This document shows positions 35,409 to 48,559 of a stretch of 64,000 nt of DNA, in pieces. The position numbers and the translations under genes were made by a program. The notes under the pieces are model-generated. The model ran no database searches, was not told the origin of the DNA, and saw only the letters and a list, made by a program, of their open reading frames with translations. How positions within the stretch are numbered: position 1 is the stretch's first letter; each line of letters begins with the position of its first letter. Source of the stretch: Gracilinanus agilis (taxonomy: Eukaryota); the NCBI RefSeq assembly GCF_016433145.1, contig NC_058131.1:151276016-151340015 (forward strand), written 5' to 3'.

Positions 35409-36205
35409 TGTGTGTAAGGGTGTTAGGTTTTGAGGCTAAATTTGTTTTAGGCATCTCGCCAGGAATTCAGGGTATCTTGCTGTGCTCCCAATGACATGTT
35501 GTAGCTAGAACCATTAGTCCAGCATTCTCTTGGTTTAAGGACACCAGAAGAGCATCCAGCTTACTTGTTTCCGCAACCCCCTGGTGGAAGTCCCAAGAGG
35601 ACACCATAACCTAAAAAAAATTCCAAAATGAAGACCAAGCTTGACAGGAGTTCAAGAACAAGAATCAGTTTCAGCATCAAGAACGTTTAGTCAATTACTT
35701 CAATTACTTGTTGATCTAAATCACTTTCTATTTATCAAGCTGTCAAGGAAATATATAAATTAATAGTAAATTTGGTTGAAAATAATTTGGGAATGCTCAT
35801 TCATTGGAGAGACCACATTGACCTCAAAGAATGGCACATATATCCATAATTATGAAGCTAAAGATTCAAATCCTTGGAGGCTACTTAAAGTTAAAAATTA
35901 TTTCTAAATTGGAATTGGTCTTTAAGAAATTCCTCTGAGGTTAATGTTCCAATTTCAGTTTAGAATTATTTAAGCTAGAATTGGAACATCTACCTCAGGA
36001 AAATTTCTTAAAGGCCAGTTTTCAAGTTACAAAAGCCAAATCCCTCCTGCGGAATTTCACCTCCATCATAGTTAAGACAGATATAGGCGGAGATAGGTCT
36101 GTAGGGACTTTAAATTCAGAGAACTGCCAGAAAGTCTGCTCTTGAGCATCAAGTCCAATGGAATGACAGCTATTTCCCAGTCTTAGAAGGCACTACACCA
36201 CAACA
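35409..36205. mobile_element. Putative solo LTR (~0.8 kb)
   Basis: Starts TG and ends CAACA, flanked by AAAA on both sides (possible 4-bp TSD). The interior is unlike LINE/SINE sequence. Orientation unresolved. Confidence 0.35.
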
Positions 36206-36332
36206 AAAAAGGGGAGAAAATAGCACCACCTGTGGGAAAACTTGACTAGTATAGGAAACAAATACCCAATTTGAATTCAATTATTCAGAGTTGGATAATC
36301 CAGGCCCAGAGTTTTTCTCCCTGCCTTTAGGC

Positions 36333-36369
36333 CAGGGGTCAGCAACGTATGGCTCTCAAGCCATATCTG
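36333..36369. mobile_element. 37-bp terminal remnant of the hAT MITE family seen at 37568-37761
   Basis: CAGGGGTCAGCAACGTATGGCTCTCAAGCCATATCTG matches the reverse complement of the right end of the 37568-37761 element. Confidence 0.75.
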
Positions 36370-36489
36370 TAGGCCAGTATGAAGTTTGAGAATTGCTAGT
36401 GAGACTGCTATCTCTACCCCCAATAGCAATAACCTCTTGCTTTTGTGGTTTACTTTTCTGTGAGGCAGCATGGTGTAAATAATGAAAAG

Positions 36490-36660
36490 AGCAATGAATA
36501 GAAGACCTGGATTCAAGTTTTAGCAGTTATTCTAGTTCTGATACCTTAGGCAATTAAATCACTGAGCCTTAGTTTCCTCCTCTCTAAAACAGGAATAGTA
36601 TTTCTACAACTTGCTTCATGGGAGGTAAATGGGAGGATCAAATGAAATGAAGAATGCAAA
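36490..36660 (+). mobile_element. MIR
   Basis: gaagacctggattcaag...tcactgagccttagtttcctc...gggaggatcaaatgaaat. Confidence 0.75.
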
Positions 36661-37567
36661 ATATTTTGTAACCAAAAGGTACCATATAAATGTAATATAT
36701 CAAACCCCAATGAAATATAATAACTCTAGATGTTTCATAGCAGTTTTTGAGCTAGAAAGGATCTTCAATATTAGTCCAACCCTCTTGACAGATCAGGAAA
36801 TGGAGCCCTCAAGAATATAAGTGACTTGTACAAGGTTATCTGGCATTATTACAGTTTTGCAGTCTGTAAAAATTCCTATATCAAGGACATGTTTACTACT
36901 GAAATTTTTCAGAAGTCTTTGATGCATTTATCAATTGAAAACACCCTCTCTATTAACTTCCATATGGTGGCAATGAAATTCTGTAATGGAAACATTTTTT
37001 GGCATTAAAAGTTTAATTATCACATATTATCCATTTGGGGACAATTCGTTACCACTAATTGTATATCAAGCAATAGTCAGAGCTAAGGAACTTTAATAGT
37101 GTTGTCACATGCCTAAATACCATGCCATAAAGGATATTACTGTAACACACAGACCACATTTAGCTTTGTAAAATTATTGCAAGTAATCCTAATGATGTTT
37201 ATAAGGTCATTTTAAAGGGCAGTTAAAATAGTCATAACGCAACAATGATGAACAAAAAATAAACATAAACCAAGTGCCTAGTAAAGAAAGGTGAATATAA
37301 AATGGGCCTCTGCCTCATGGAGCTCATAAATGACATTTCTAATCCAAAACCAAATTAACAGTTTGAATACCATTAGTTTGCATATTAATATATACTTTGT
37401 TTTACTAAAGAAAAGCTATATTCCTGAAAACTACATGTAAATGAAATGTATGTAAAATAAACTTCCTAATTCACTGGGTAAGTTTCACTATTTGAAGAAA
37501 TCCTGTGACACTGTGCTTTCCTTTAATTTCCTCTCTCAGGAAAAATTAGATGAAATTTAGTCTAAAG

Positions 37568-37761
37568 CAGGGGTTGGCAACCTTTTTGGCCGTGAGAGCC
37601 ATAAACGCCACATTTTTTAAAATGTAATTTTGTGAGAGCCGTACAGTGCTCACAGTGCGAGCTCCTATAACAGCACCTGAAAAAATTGACTTTATGGCTC
37701 CTGCAGAAAGAGCCATATCTGGCTCAGATATGGCTCGAGACCCATACGTTGCTGACCCCTG
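37568..37761. mobile_element. hAT/Charlie-type MITE, 194 bp, perfect 8-bp TSD
   Basis: TIRs CAGGGGTTGGCAAC / GTTGCTGACCCCTG, with TSD GTCTAAAG at 37560-67 and 37762-69. Confidence 0.94.
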
Positions 37762-40700
37762 GTCTAAAGGCAAGAACACACTCTTCTGAAAGACTTCAAA
37801 CTCAGATAAATGCTCACTGAAAATGTAACGTAAATTTGCTACAACCTCAAAGTTGCTTTGTTCTGGGGTTCAGTTAGCTGGCTTAATGATACTTTTAAGC
37901 CTCATCTCAGATATATGCTTATTTCCTCCTTAAGAAATAAAACTAAAAAAGAAAAAAAAAAAGACTAAAATGAATTGTCAATCAAGTATGTGCACTTATG
38001 TCTCTGAAATGATTACAGATTTGAATGCGCCTATGGACATATGTCTGGATGAGTAACACTGCAGGTGTACCACCTGCACTAGGTTTGAACTGAGAATTCA
38101 CATTTGGTTTGAATAAACACAGCTGCATTTAGCTGAGTGCCCAATCAGCCATTTAAACACACATCAGTGCACAAATCTGGTCCCACATTTGGGTACACCC
38201 AGATGTAGCATATATTAAGAGAATCAAACATAGAAGAGGTAAAACTTAAGTTTTTGATTATGCACACATTAATACTATTACTAATCATTTCATTTGAGAA
38301 TATAGTAGACAAATTCTGAAAGACTTCAGTTACAGTCCAAGAAAAACACCAAGATATGCTACTCTAAGAGTGGTGGAACAAAAAAAAGCATACTGGACAT
38401 GAGATCAGGCCCTGATCTTTGATTTATTATCTGTACAACCTTGTCCCTTAGCCCCACAAGGAAAGTTTTTCTCCCCAATAAGTTGTGAATTCTTGTCAAT
38501 GCCATTTAATGGGTATCTCATCTCCTTTTTTCAACTCACCACAACACCACTTTACTTTTGGTCTTCATTCCCTCTTTCTCCTGAACTTCCTTAATAATTT
38601 CCCAATTGCTCTTCCTGAATCCTGCCTCTCTGCTGATCTGACAAACCAGAAAGCTCCTAAATGACCCAATTAAAAGGTACTTTCAAAATCTTAAAAAAGG
38701 AGTTCATTCAGTTAACATTTTAAAACCTTTATGACATCTGAAATTTAATGTTATTATAAGTGGCTATTTTTCATTATTATTCATATCACAAAACATTAAA
38801 AATGTTTTCTTTATTTCCATTGGAATTTTTAAGTCAACATAAAACTAGAATATGTGGAATAGAATGATTATATTCTAAATGGTCAACCAAATATTTATTA
38901 AATGCTTACTATTTATTAGACATGGGCAATTCAGAAACAAAAGTGAAATCTTTTTGAGAAGGAAGAAAAGGCACTAGGTTTAACATAGAAGGAATGAGGA
39001 AAGGTGTCATTTTGAAGGTGGCATTCTCAAAGGAAATTATGGATAAGAAGAGATAGAGAAGAGAGGGTACATTTCAGGTTTGGGGGATAATAAGTAGAAA
39101 AACAGAGGAGGGATATGGAGTATTTGTTCTTAGTGAGAATCAGCAAAGAGGACAATACAGCTGGAAAGTAGACTATATGAAGAGAAATAATCTATAATAA
39201 GGCAGTGTTACTCATATCTGCTTTGTTTGGCTACTGAAATAAACATACTGAAAAAAAAAGTATGAAAATTTCTGGGAGATGTCTTTGGTATGAAAAAGCC
39301 ATGTATGACAAATATGATTAATATCTGAGGTTTAATTGCTTATTAATTATGTTTTATAATACATTAATTCTCTTGAAAAGTAGTAGAACAAGCAATTTAT
39401 TATTGAACCACATTTTTCATTTAAATCCAGAAAAGGAGGAAAGAACAATTGGCAAATACATTATTGCATTTCCCAGTACTGAATTTTCAATTGTACCCTG
39501 AGGCTTAGACTTCTTACTTTCAAGGCAACAGACTTAAATTACAAAAATATTGAAGAGCAACACCAGGTATTTTATGTGGGGAAGAAAACATATGGAACTT
39601 CATTCTAGATTTTAATAAGCAATTCAAATTCACATATTATAAAAAATGCTAATCTACCAGTAAATTCTTCAAGTCCCCTTTTCCTTTATGTTTCTGAGAC
39701 ACTAGTGAAATACTTAATCTTTGTCTATATTTAGTTTAGTCAATTCATGCCTACACATGCCCAGGACAGAAGTAAGAAGTATCAACAAAATGAAAGGTCA
39801 CTTGTGATCACATCCGGTGAAAGAATAATTAGAAGACTTTAATTTCCACAAGTGCCACTTTGCAGTACCAATATCAGTGTCTTTCCTTTTCCTCAATGGT
39901 CTGCAATGGTTTTAAATCACATATATTTCCACTACTGCAAGACAATTAAAGACCTCAGACTATAATATTCTTTACCTTTTAAAAAGTTCAATTAAACTTA
40001 AAAAATGAACTTATTTGAAGGAGAGGGGGAGGCTACAAAATGGTAAACAGCATCTTATCCTCACAAAGAAAACACAGTCATGTCTAAACAAAAGGCAATT
40101 GTTTGTTGGTCACTTATATACGTCATAATTTGAAGACTATTATGGATTTTTTTCAAGTAATATTGTTCTTTAATCCTACAAATGAGGTGAACCTAAGATC
40201 TTTATCTATTAAGGGTTTAATCAATAAAAATATATAAATTTACTAACCCCACCCCCCGTTTAGAGGTATATGCGACCACTCATACCACCATGCCATCTTA
40301 TAATACTATCTCTGCCAGGGATGCCTACCCTACTCAGATTGGCACAAAGACTACCATCAAAACAAAGGCAGAAAATCATCCTGATTACCCTATATAGGCC
40401 CAGAGTCCACTGAGGGACAGACATCAAGTATGATTTGTGGCTTAGGATACCAAATATTGTCTAACAAATATTACTGCAATTACAAGCAATAATACAAATT
40501 ATCCTACTCTTTAAGCAAGATAACTGTTTCTTTTCCATCACAGGGCAGGGCCATCATTTTGCATTTATTTTAGGTAAGTTTTTAAAAATATAAACTAGGC
40601 AACAGTCACATTATATTTAGAAGCATGAAGATTCTTTTTTACAAAAAGACATAAAAATGCTTCTATGGTTAAGTGAGTATTATTCTGGTACTCTACAACC

Positions 40701-42570
40701 AGTTCTAAGATCTTTACAACTTAGAGGCCCTATCTAGCAATAATATTTTCAGGGGGCAAAAGCTAAAGAATATATAGCACATTAACTTCTAAAGTAAAAA
40801 TTTTAAACTACCAATAAAATCTAACAACTATAGATTCAAACTGAGAAGTCTTAATTTAGGAGTCAGACCCTGCCTTTCTTTGCCAAGCCTTGTTATGTAA
40901 TAAAATTATCTAGCACAAGCTCCTCTAACCCTAGAGATACTATATTAAAGATATTTTATTTCTTGTCTAAGGATTAAAAATTTTTTGATAACTGTATTTT
41001 GATATAATTAGAATCCTTTGTAATCCTTGCATTTTATTGTATGCATTTAAAAATAGTATTTAGAGAGGAGAGTCATTGGCGAAAAAAGATTAAGAATCAA
41101 GCTATACAGTCCCTCAAATAATTAAGTTAGACCTCTCATAAACAGGGTCAGAAAATCCATTATGGAGAAACCCAAAATAGAAGATAAACTGTAAAGGGCA
41201 ACCTTAAAGTAAAGAAGGCTTTCTTTATTAGTCTGTAAAAGACCTAAGAGACAATCAAAAGTAATAGGAAAATGTGAATAAAGGAAGAGAAAAACTGAAA
41301 CTTGAAAACAAAATACCAAGAATATGTACACCACTCCTTTATAACAATTATCTAACAATCAAAAACATTCAAATTTTTAAAATATGATGATTAGGTTCTA
41401 CTAATTGAAATGATTCATCAGAAAAGCTACTTTAAAAAAGATCAATGGTATATTTAAGAAATCCAATTAAGGTCTTAACATAGCAAAGGAAAGAAATGAC
41501 AGAATAATGAAGAATTATCTGGATAGTTTTTACAAAGCCTGGGTCAATATTTTTCCTCAGATAACACTATAGAAAATGCCTGTGTGCCTAGTGACTCAAA
41601 GTATCATCATAAGAGAAAATCAGAACAGGAACCAGGAGATTCTGATTAAAGTTTCTGCTCTAACACTCAGTAGTGATCTGACTTTAAGCTTGATCTCTCT
41701 AAAGCCCAAGTTTTGAAACCAGATGAACTCTAATTCAAAGGTCTCTTCCAATTTTATCCATTTGATTCTATATAGATCATTAAACAAATCACTACTATAT
41801 TCTTAGCAACATAACCCTTATAAATAAAATTTTAAATGACTGATTATAATTATAAGTGAGATCAACAAAAATTCAAAGATATATTGATAGTTTTAACACA
41901 CAAAGTTGACCGATTTGAAACACCAACATTTTTTAAAAATGAAATTCCATATTTTAAGTAAAATTCTGAGTGTTCTCATCAGTTGTGAAAGCACTATGAA
42001 AAACTAATACTTAAGAAGTTACATCATAGCAAATCAATAAAATCACTAACCCAGTTCATTTTCAATTAAACAAAAGTAACAGAAATAATACTTCTAAAAT
42101 GGCAGATAGACTAAAAGTGTTATCTTCCATTTTCACAATTTTGGCTGTATAAAAATAATTATACCAATCTGATGACTAATTCATTTCATATTGTTAAAAT
42201 AGCTAAGGTTATTTATTTAAAATTTTGAAAGTTTATTTGTAGTCAGTCTCTCTTCAATTAACTAAGACTATAATAGTTTTAGATCTCTTAATTTTGGCCT
42301 TTATTTTAAACCTCAAAAGTTACATAATTATAGCACTGCTACCTTTGGGAAAAATTTCACCCCCCCAATCAAATGATAAATTTCTTGAATAATATCTTAA
42401 AACCCTTGTTCATAAAACTAAAACATTATCTCTAAATGTATTTAAAATATTCTCTTAATTCACTTAAATTCAGTGATAGAATACACATATACAAGGAAAC
42501 AAAGAAATGAAACAGTGTATACTAAGAAACCAGACTGTGAGGCAAAAAGGTAAGAGAAATTTTAAGTTAC

Positions 42571-42683
42571 CCTTCTTGGATAATAGGAAGCATTAAATTC
42601 ATCTCCAATACGGCGCAATTCTTGCGCAATCCAAATTTCTGGCCGCATATCTGCAGGTATTGATTGAGACTGCCTCATGGAAG
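42571..42683 (-). CDS. BCL2L11: BCL2L11/BIM internal coding exon containing the BH3 domain (113 nt, phase 1 in, phase 0 out)
   Basis: Translates (A)[37 protein letters not shown], with the BIM BH3 core [16 protein letters not shown] identical to human BIM. Acceptor ttttttttgttctgatacAG (AG at 42685-42684) and donor AGG|GTAACT (GT at 42570-42569). Confidence 0.98.
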
Positions 42684-43850
42684 CTGTATCAGAACAAAAA
42701 AAAGAAATTTGACATTTTCTAAAATACAGAATTTTTAAAAAGATATAAAAATAAGAGAATGCTAGCATAACAGCTTATCTGAATTATGACACCTAATTTT
42801 AATGACCAGTTACAGAAAGAAAAACTAATGTGCCACTATTATGTAATATAGGTTTCTATAAAAAGATTATATGGACTATATGTTTTAATGTTTCAAAACT
42901 CAAGGTTTGAAATAATTAGTTAAAACCATTCCCTCAAGTCTCCCATTTTAGAAAGCCCATGACTGTCCAAGATGTGTTACCATTTAGTTAAAATTGAAAT
43001 ATACTATAAAAGTCACTACAATATTAGGAAAGAATTTCCTGAGTGTTTTGAAGTTTCATGTAGATATATTCTTTGGAATATATGGCTACTCTGTTTCAAA
43101 GTTCTATGAACAATGATGATGAAATAGTAAAAATCCATTTGACTGGTTTCAATATATTTTATATGCATTTCTTTTCATTACAGATCTACAACAACACCAT
43201 TTTGTGTTATTACCTCCATTTTACTTGTTCAGACAACTAATTAATAGGGTTCAGACCAGAATTGATAAATCAATTAAGTATTCCCCTTCACTTAGAAATA
43301 GAGTTCCTTTTTTAAAATAGGTTGAAGTTCAATAATTAAATATATTAAGTATGAGGGAATTGATATGGATTAAGATAGTATTACTGCTTACATGCTAAAA
43401 GCATATATTCTTTGCCAATGCTATTGTGGACTCAATGAAAACAATATAATTTTATGTTTTGTCTACATAATTTAAAGTAGTTGATAAGCATTCATTCAGA
43501 CCTACAAAATACCATACACATTGGGTACAAAAGCAAAGTCATTTTTCAAAGGACAGAAAAGAGGGAAGTTAGACCTTTCATTAAGCTGTCACTGACATTT
43601 ATACCAAGTAAATTTATTCATTTGTTAATGAAAACATTTAAAGCTATGTAACAGCCAAAAAATGGGGAAGAACTCAAATGTGATTTGCCAAAATATCCCC
43701 ACTACACAAAAGACATAAGGGCCCTTCTCATATAGTATGATTTTTTTTTAATTACAAAAAGAGAATCTTTTCATATAATGAGTTTAGACAAAAAAATCAG
43801 GATTCCTGGTTTTCACTGTTTTCTTGTTAGGTATGGTCTACAAAACTCTT

Positions 43851-43903
43851 ATAATAATAATAATAATAATAAATATATATATATATAATAATAATAATAA
43901 TAA
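43851..43903. repeat. Compound (ATA)n-(TA)n-(ATA)n microsatellite
   Basis: Direct reading of the sequence. Confidence 0.92.
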
Positions 43904-44104
43904 AGACAAATAAGGTGATATTAATTTTCCATCATGGCAAAGTGTTCAAATATTAAGAAAAGTGTTGCCAAGTACAGTAAAAGGATAGTCCAGAATTTCA
44001 TGTCAGCACTGATTTATATGTTATCTAATTTAGAAATAAAAGACCACTTTGCCTTTCCTTTCAATCCTCTTTATGGAGCATCCAAAATAAATATTTACTG
44101 AAAA

Positions 44105-44290
44105 CACAGACTTTAGAGTCAGAGAACCTGGGCTCAAACTCCACCTGATATTTACTACATTACTACATGATACATGATCTCCAGCAAGATGCTTAAACTT
44201 GGCTTCAGTTTCCTCACCTGTGAAATAAGGGAGTTGAACTAAACGGATCTCGGGTCCCTTTCTAGATTCACATCTATAATCCTATTTTCT
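44105..44290 (+). mobile_element. MIR
   Basis: gagtcagagaacctgggctcaaac...cagtttcctcacctgtgaaataagggagttgaacta. Confidence 0.78.
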
Positions 44291-45719
44291 AGGAATCATG
44301 GTTTTTTTTTTAAACCTCAACAAAGATACAGATAGAAAAAGATAATGTCAACATCTTATCCAAAGACTAAAGATGTCTAACATTAATAGGCAGAATCCCA
44401 GAAAGCCTAACATACCATTAAATTATTTAGGCTAAAATGCTGGCTGTGAATTGTCAGTTTTAATTTTTCAAACGTCAGGGATTGAAATAGCAAAAGTTAA
44501 AAACACTATTACATAATTCCCATTTCAAAAAGAACATGATTATCCAAAGTGCATCACCATATAATTATTCTTGAAAATAAAAGGAGAAAAAATGACAATG
44601 AGTTAACATATATAAAATGTTTACAAACCTTTGAATTACATAAATGCTAATAAATGCTAACCAGTATGACTGTAACAAACTGGAGGAAAATAAACACATT
44701 TTCTCAGGAAGTTTTAAGTTTCATGTAGAAAGGATGGTTTATTTCAAAGCTCTCTGAGTAATAATCTAATATATTCAAAATCTATTTTATCATAATTTTC
44801 AAGATGGTTAAGAATTATTATGATGACTATAATTAATGGTAATGTCCAAAATATTTAAAATATGCATGATTATTAGGTGAACTATAATATTGAAAGATTG
44901 GTCTAAAATGGCATGTTAAATAGGAAAGGCTTCTAAAACACCTCCTTTAGGCAGGGATTGTTTTATTTTTGTCTTTGCACCTCTAGCATCAAGTAGTGTC
45001 AAAAACCTAACAGGGAAAATGAATGTTTACTGAATTAAGTTGATTTGTAAAGAATATAGGTAAGAATTATACAGGATAAAGATGCCTGAAAAAGTTGTAA
45101 TCTGCATAAGTGGATAGAGTATTGATAATGAGATAAAATACAATCAAATGTAAAGATTAAAGATAAAAAAAATAAAACCATCCAAATATATTTGCAGAAA
45201 ATGTTTTTAAAAAGAAAAACTCCTTAAACAAGTTAGGCATGATTTAAAGGAAATAATTAGATTGAAGTCATCTGGGTTCTGCTAAATTTAAGTAAATTAA
45301 AAGTCACTTTATTAACATAAACTATAGTTAATGATATTAACTTTAATTTACAAAGATCAATTACCTCTAAAAAAGATATCTGATAAAAACTTCATAACAG
45401 AAATATAAACCAAATGACCTGACAGGCTGACCTTCTTTCAATATAGCTAATTAATACTGTTCTTTCTGGAATTCTAATGTCAACCAAACACTGGTTCTTC
45501 CATGTTATATGTAACCCCTCTTAATACTGACACTTACTTTGCCTATTTAAAAAAAAAAAAGTCTAGGTCAGTACTAAAGTACACTAACAAAATTTGTAAA
45601 ATAGAGGTTTGAGAACAAAACTTGTGGGCTGGTTTCACAGAATGTTTACTTTTTAAGACTATTTTTTCTTTAAAAAATATTAATCTGTCCTAGTTCCCAT
45701 TCTCACCAGCAAATAAAAC

Positions 45720-46140
45720 CCTCAATATTCAGTTGCAAAGACAAGTTGAACAAACTCCCACAGTAGCCATGCCTGAAAACGCATTCTGTCTCTTTCTGCA
45801 TTTTAAGTACAACCCCCTGGGTCAGGGAGTGAGTAGTGTGTTTAATTCTCATTCCTTTGGAGTTGTGGCTTATCACTGCTTTGATAAAAGCTTTTAAATC
45901 TGTCAAAGTTATTTTTCTCTATAATTGTTCTACTAAGTTCTGCTTACTGTGTTCTGCATCAGTTCATGGAAATCTTCCAGTTTCCTCTTAAACTGTCCAT
46001 TTCATACTTTTTATGATACAATAACATTCTATTACATTCATATGCTACAATTTGTAGGTCACCCTCTTAGTATCCAATTATTGGCCACCATGAAATGAAT
46101 TGCTGTATTTTTGGATGGGTATCTTTTCCCTCTTTCATTA
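45720..46140 (-). mobile_element. L1 3'-end fragment
   Basis: Same family of sequence as 5460-5850 (gttctgcatcagttcatgg...tattacattcatatgctacaatttgt). Confidence 0.68.
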
Positions 46141-46629
46141 AGTTTTAATAAAATATGTAAATTCCATTTGGGCAGAGATCAAGGAAGGTACTGCCCAATC
46201 TACTTCTCTGACCCCTAGAGAAACCAATTTAAATTTCTATTCAAAAATGTTACTTAAATTGTTGTTTTATGAAGAATAGTCTGGGAAAGTTCTGATTTCT
46301 AATTGGAAACACCATAAAATCAGGTAGTTCGTATCAGAAATTATTTTGTAAAAAGTTGCACATAACCAGAGTCACTATATAAATTTTAGGAATAAATATT
46401 ATATGAATTAAATTAAAATCATATAAATAATGACAGGACCTATATTCAAAACCCAGTTCTGTTATTTGAGTGTGACCTTTGGGCAAAAGTATTTGCTCTC
46501 TCTGGAGCTAAATTTCCTCATTTATAAAATAAGTGAACTAGACTCCAAGGTTCCCTACAAATTTATAAACTATGATCCTATGATCCCAAAAGACTAATAC
46601 TAGAAGAGGGCCTTGAGAATCACCTAAGC

Positions 46630-46911
46630 CTGTGAACCAATGGTACACGTGCCACAGGTGGCACTCAGAGCTCTCTCTGCAGGCACAAGCACACACATCC
46701 TCACCCCAACACAGAGTTTGCCAGAGTTCATTATTAGAAAGCCAGGGAGGCTGGGCTGCTCCCTTCCCCCTCTCCATGCACCTAAGGACATTTCTCATAT
46801 GACTCACCCCTCTGCCCAGCAGCCCAATGGGAGTGCTTCCTCCCTTACCTGTCTGGGGGTAAATGGGAGTGCAGTTTGGGCACTCAGACTCTAAAAGGTT
46901 TGCCATCACTT
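46630..46911 (+). mobile_element. hAT MITE (family of 13211-13423), left TIR damaged
   Basis: Shares ccatctgcccagcagcccaatgggagtgcttcctccc-like and ctctaaaaggtttgccatcact with the 13.2-kb copy. TSD acctaagc/atctaggc. Confidence 0.82.
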
Positions 46912-48039
46912 ATCTAGGCTAACCTGCCCAATTTTGTAAACAAGGAAATTTTGGGAAAATGTAGAGTACATTAAATTAGAAAATTAATCCTGATGTTTAG
47001 AAGACTTAGCCAAAGGGTTTACATGCACTTATTAACTCTGTAAGTTCAGACTTACAAACTCTATAAGATTCTGACACAAGAAGAAATAAAAACAGGATAT
47101 CTAGGAACATGGAAAGATGTTTTATCTTGAATTTCCATGATAACTCTTTGTGAGAGTTGGCAGTGAGGCTGAGAACTAGAGACATTAACAGCTATGAAAA
47201 GTGAGAAGGATTTTTTTAATAATACCCAGATATGAAGAGGGAATCTAAAATACAAACCTTCCCAACAGTCATCTTCCAAGGGATAAGGCTTGAGCTAGGT
47301 TAAACTTAAACATTTAGAGATTTGTTTGAAAGGTGCCAAATGGCACCAAGGGGTTCCTTCTTTTAAAATATAGTTTATAAAAGAACCTACTCTTCCATGT
47401 AATATATATTGTTAGACTAAAGCAGGCATAGTGTTAAGGACAGCTGAGATTAGCATCAGAAAGACCTAAATTCAACTCCCAATTCAATCACTTGTTAGCT
47501 GAATGGCCCTACTGAAACCATTTGACCTCTAGGTATCTGTAGTATCTCCCCAGCACTTACCTACTAAGTCACAGACAGGATGTGCTTTTTGATGCAAGGA
47601 ATCTCAGTTCAATCATTTATTCATGAAATGCTAACTCTCAGCTAATTGAATAAAGTTTCATTTTTATAAAAAACAGAGGTGCATGTTAACCTATTTCAAC
47701 CAACCACATTTATGGCATAGGTCTATTAATTTGGACTACATAAGCAAGATACCTAACACCATCTGGTGGCAGCATACCCTAAATGCAATTCCATTCTTCC
47801 GGATATTAAATAAATCTTATGAAATTTGAAATGTATAAGTTTATAAAGTGATACCATAGGTTATATTCCTAACGAATGAAAGACAGGAACATTTGAAAAG
47901 AAAATGATAATTTTTTTAAAAATCAGTTTTCAAAATTAAGTTGGCACATACTTTGAGAACTAGCTCCTCTGAATAAAAGATTTCATAAATAAAAAAGAAA
48001 CTTTTCATATTATACAGTTAATATCACTTTGAAGAAAGA

Positions 48040-48230
48040 GGGAAGCTAGGTGACTTAATTGGATTGAGAGCCAAACCTAGAGACAGGAAGTCGGGTTCAA
48101 ATCTAACTGGAGACATTTCCTAGCTGTGTGACCTAGGACAAGTCCCTTAGCCCCCAGTGCCTCGCCCTTGCTGCTCTTATGCCTTGGAACCAATATACAA
48201 TATTGACTCTAAAATGGAAGGTAAGAGTTT
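48040..48230 (+). mobile_element. SINE1_Mdo-like SINE
   Basis: Head ggattgagagcc, core and family tail. Confidence 0.85.
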
Positions 48231-48559
48231 TTTTTTTTTAAATCTATCACTTTGAAGAAAATAAATCCTTAACTTTTTCTTTAACCTCATTTAAAACAGT
48301 TAAATTCAAACAACAAAATATAGTAAGAGGATAAAGAAAGATAAAAAAGAGAAAGGGTTATTCTTGTCAAGCTAGAAGACTAGCCTTATTGCTCAACTGG
48401 TTAGAATAAGATGCCAATACTAAAAGTTTTCATTCTCTTAAAAGTTCAGTTCTGCTCTATTCCACAGTTATATATAAAGTACCTGCAAGACTTCTGACAA
48501 ATGGTACCTGGGAAAAGATTTGTGGACAGATTAGCATAAATCACTACTATTGGAAAAAA

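Larger units (their letters stand above)
23832..42570 (-). other. BCL2L11: BCL2L11 last intron (18,739 bp, GT-AG)
   Basis: Bounded by the GT donor at 42570 and the AG acceptor at 23833-23832 of the two in-phase BIM exons. Confidence 0.93.

Noticed and set aside
42562-42768. 68-aa ORF as a stand-alone gene
   Set aside because: Only 42571-42683 is exonic. The N-terminal MLAFSYF... part is intron and polypyrimidine tract, and the final residues read through the splice donor.
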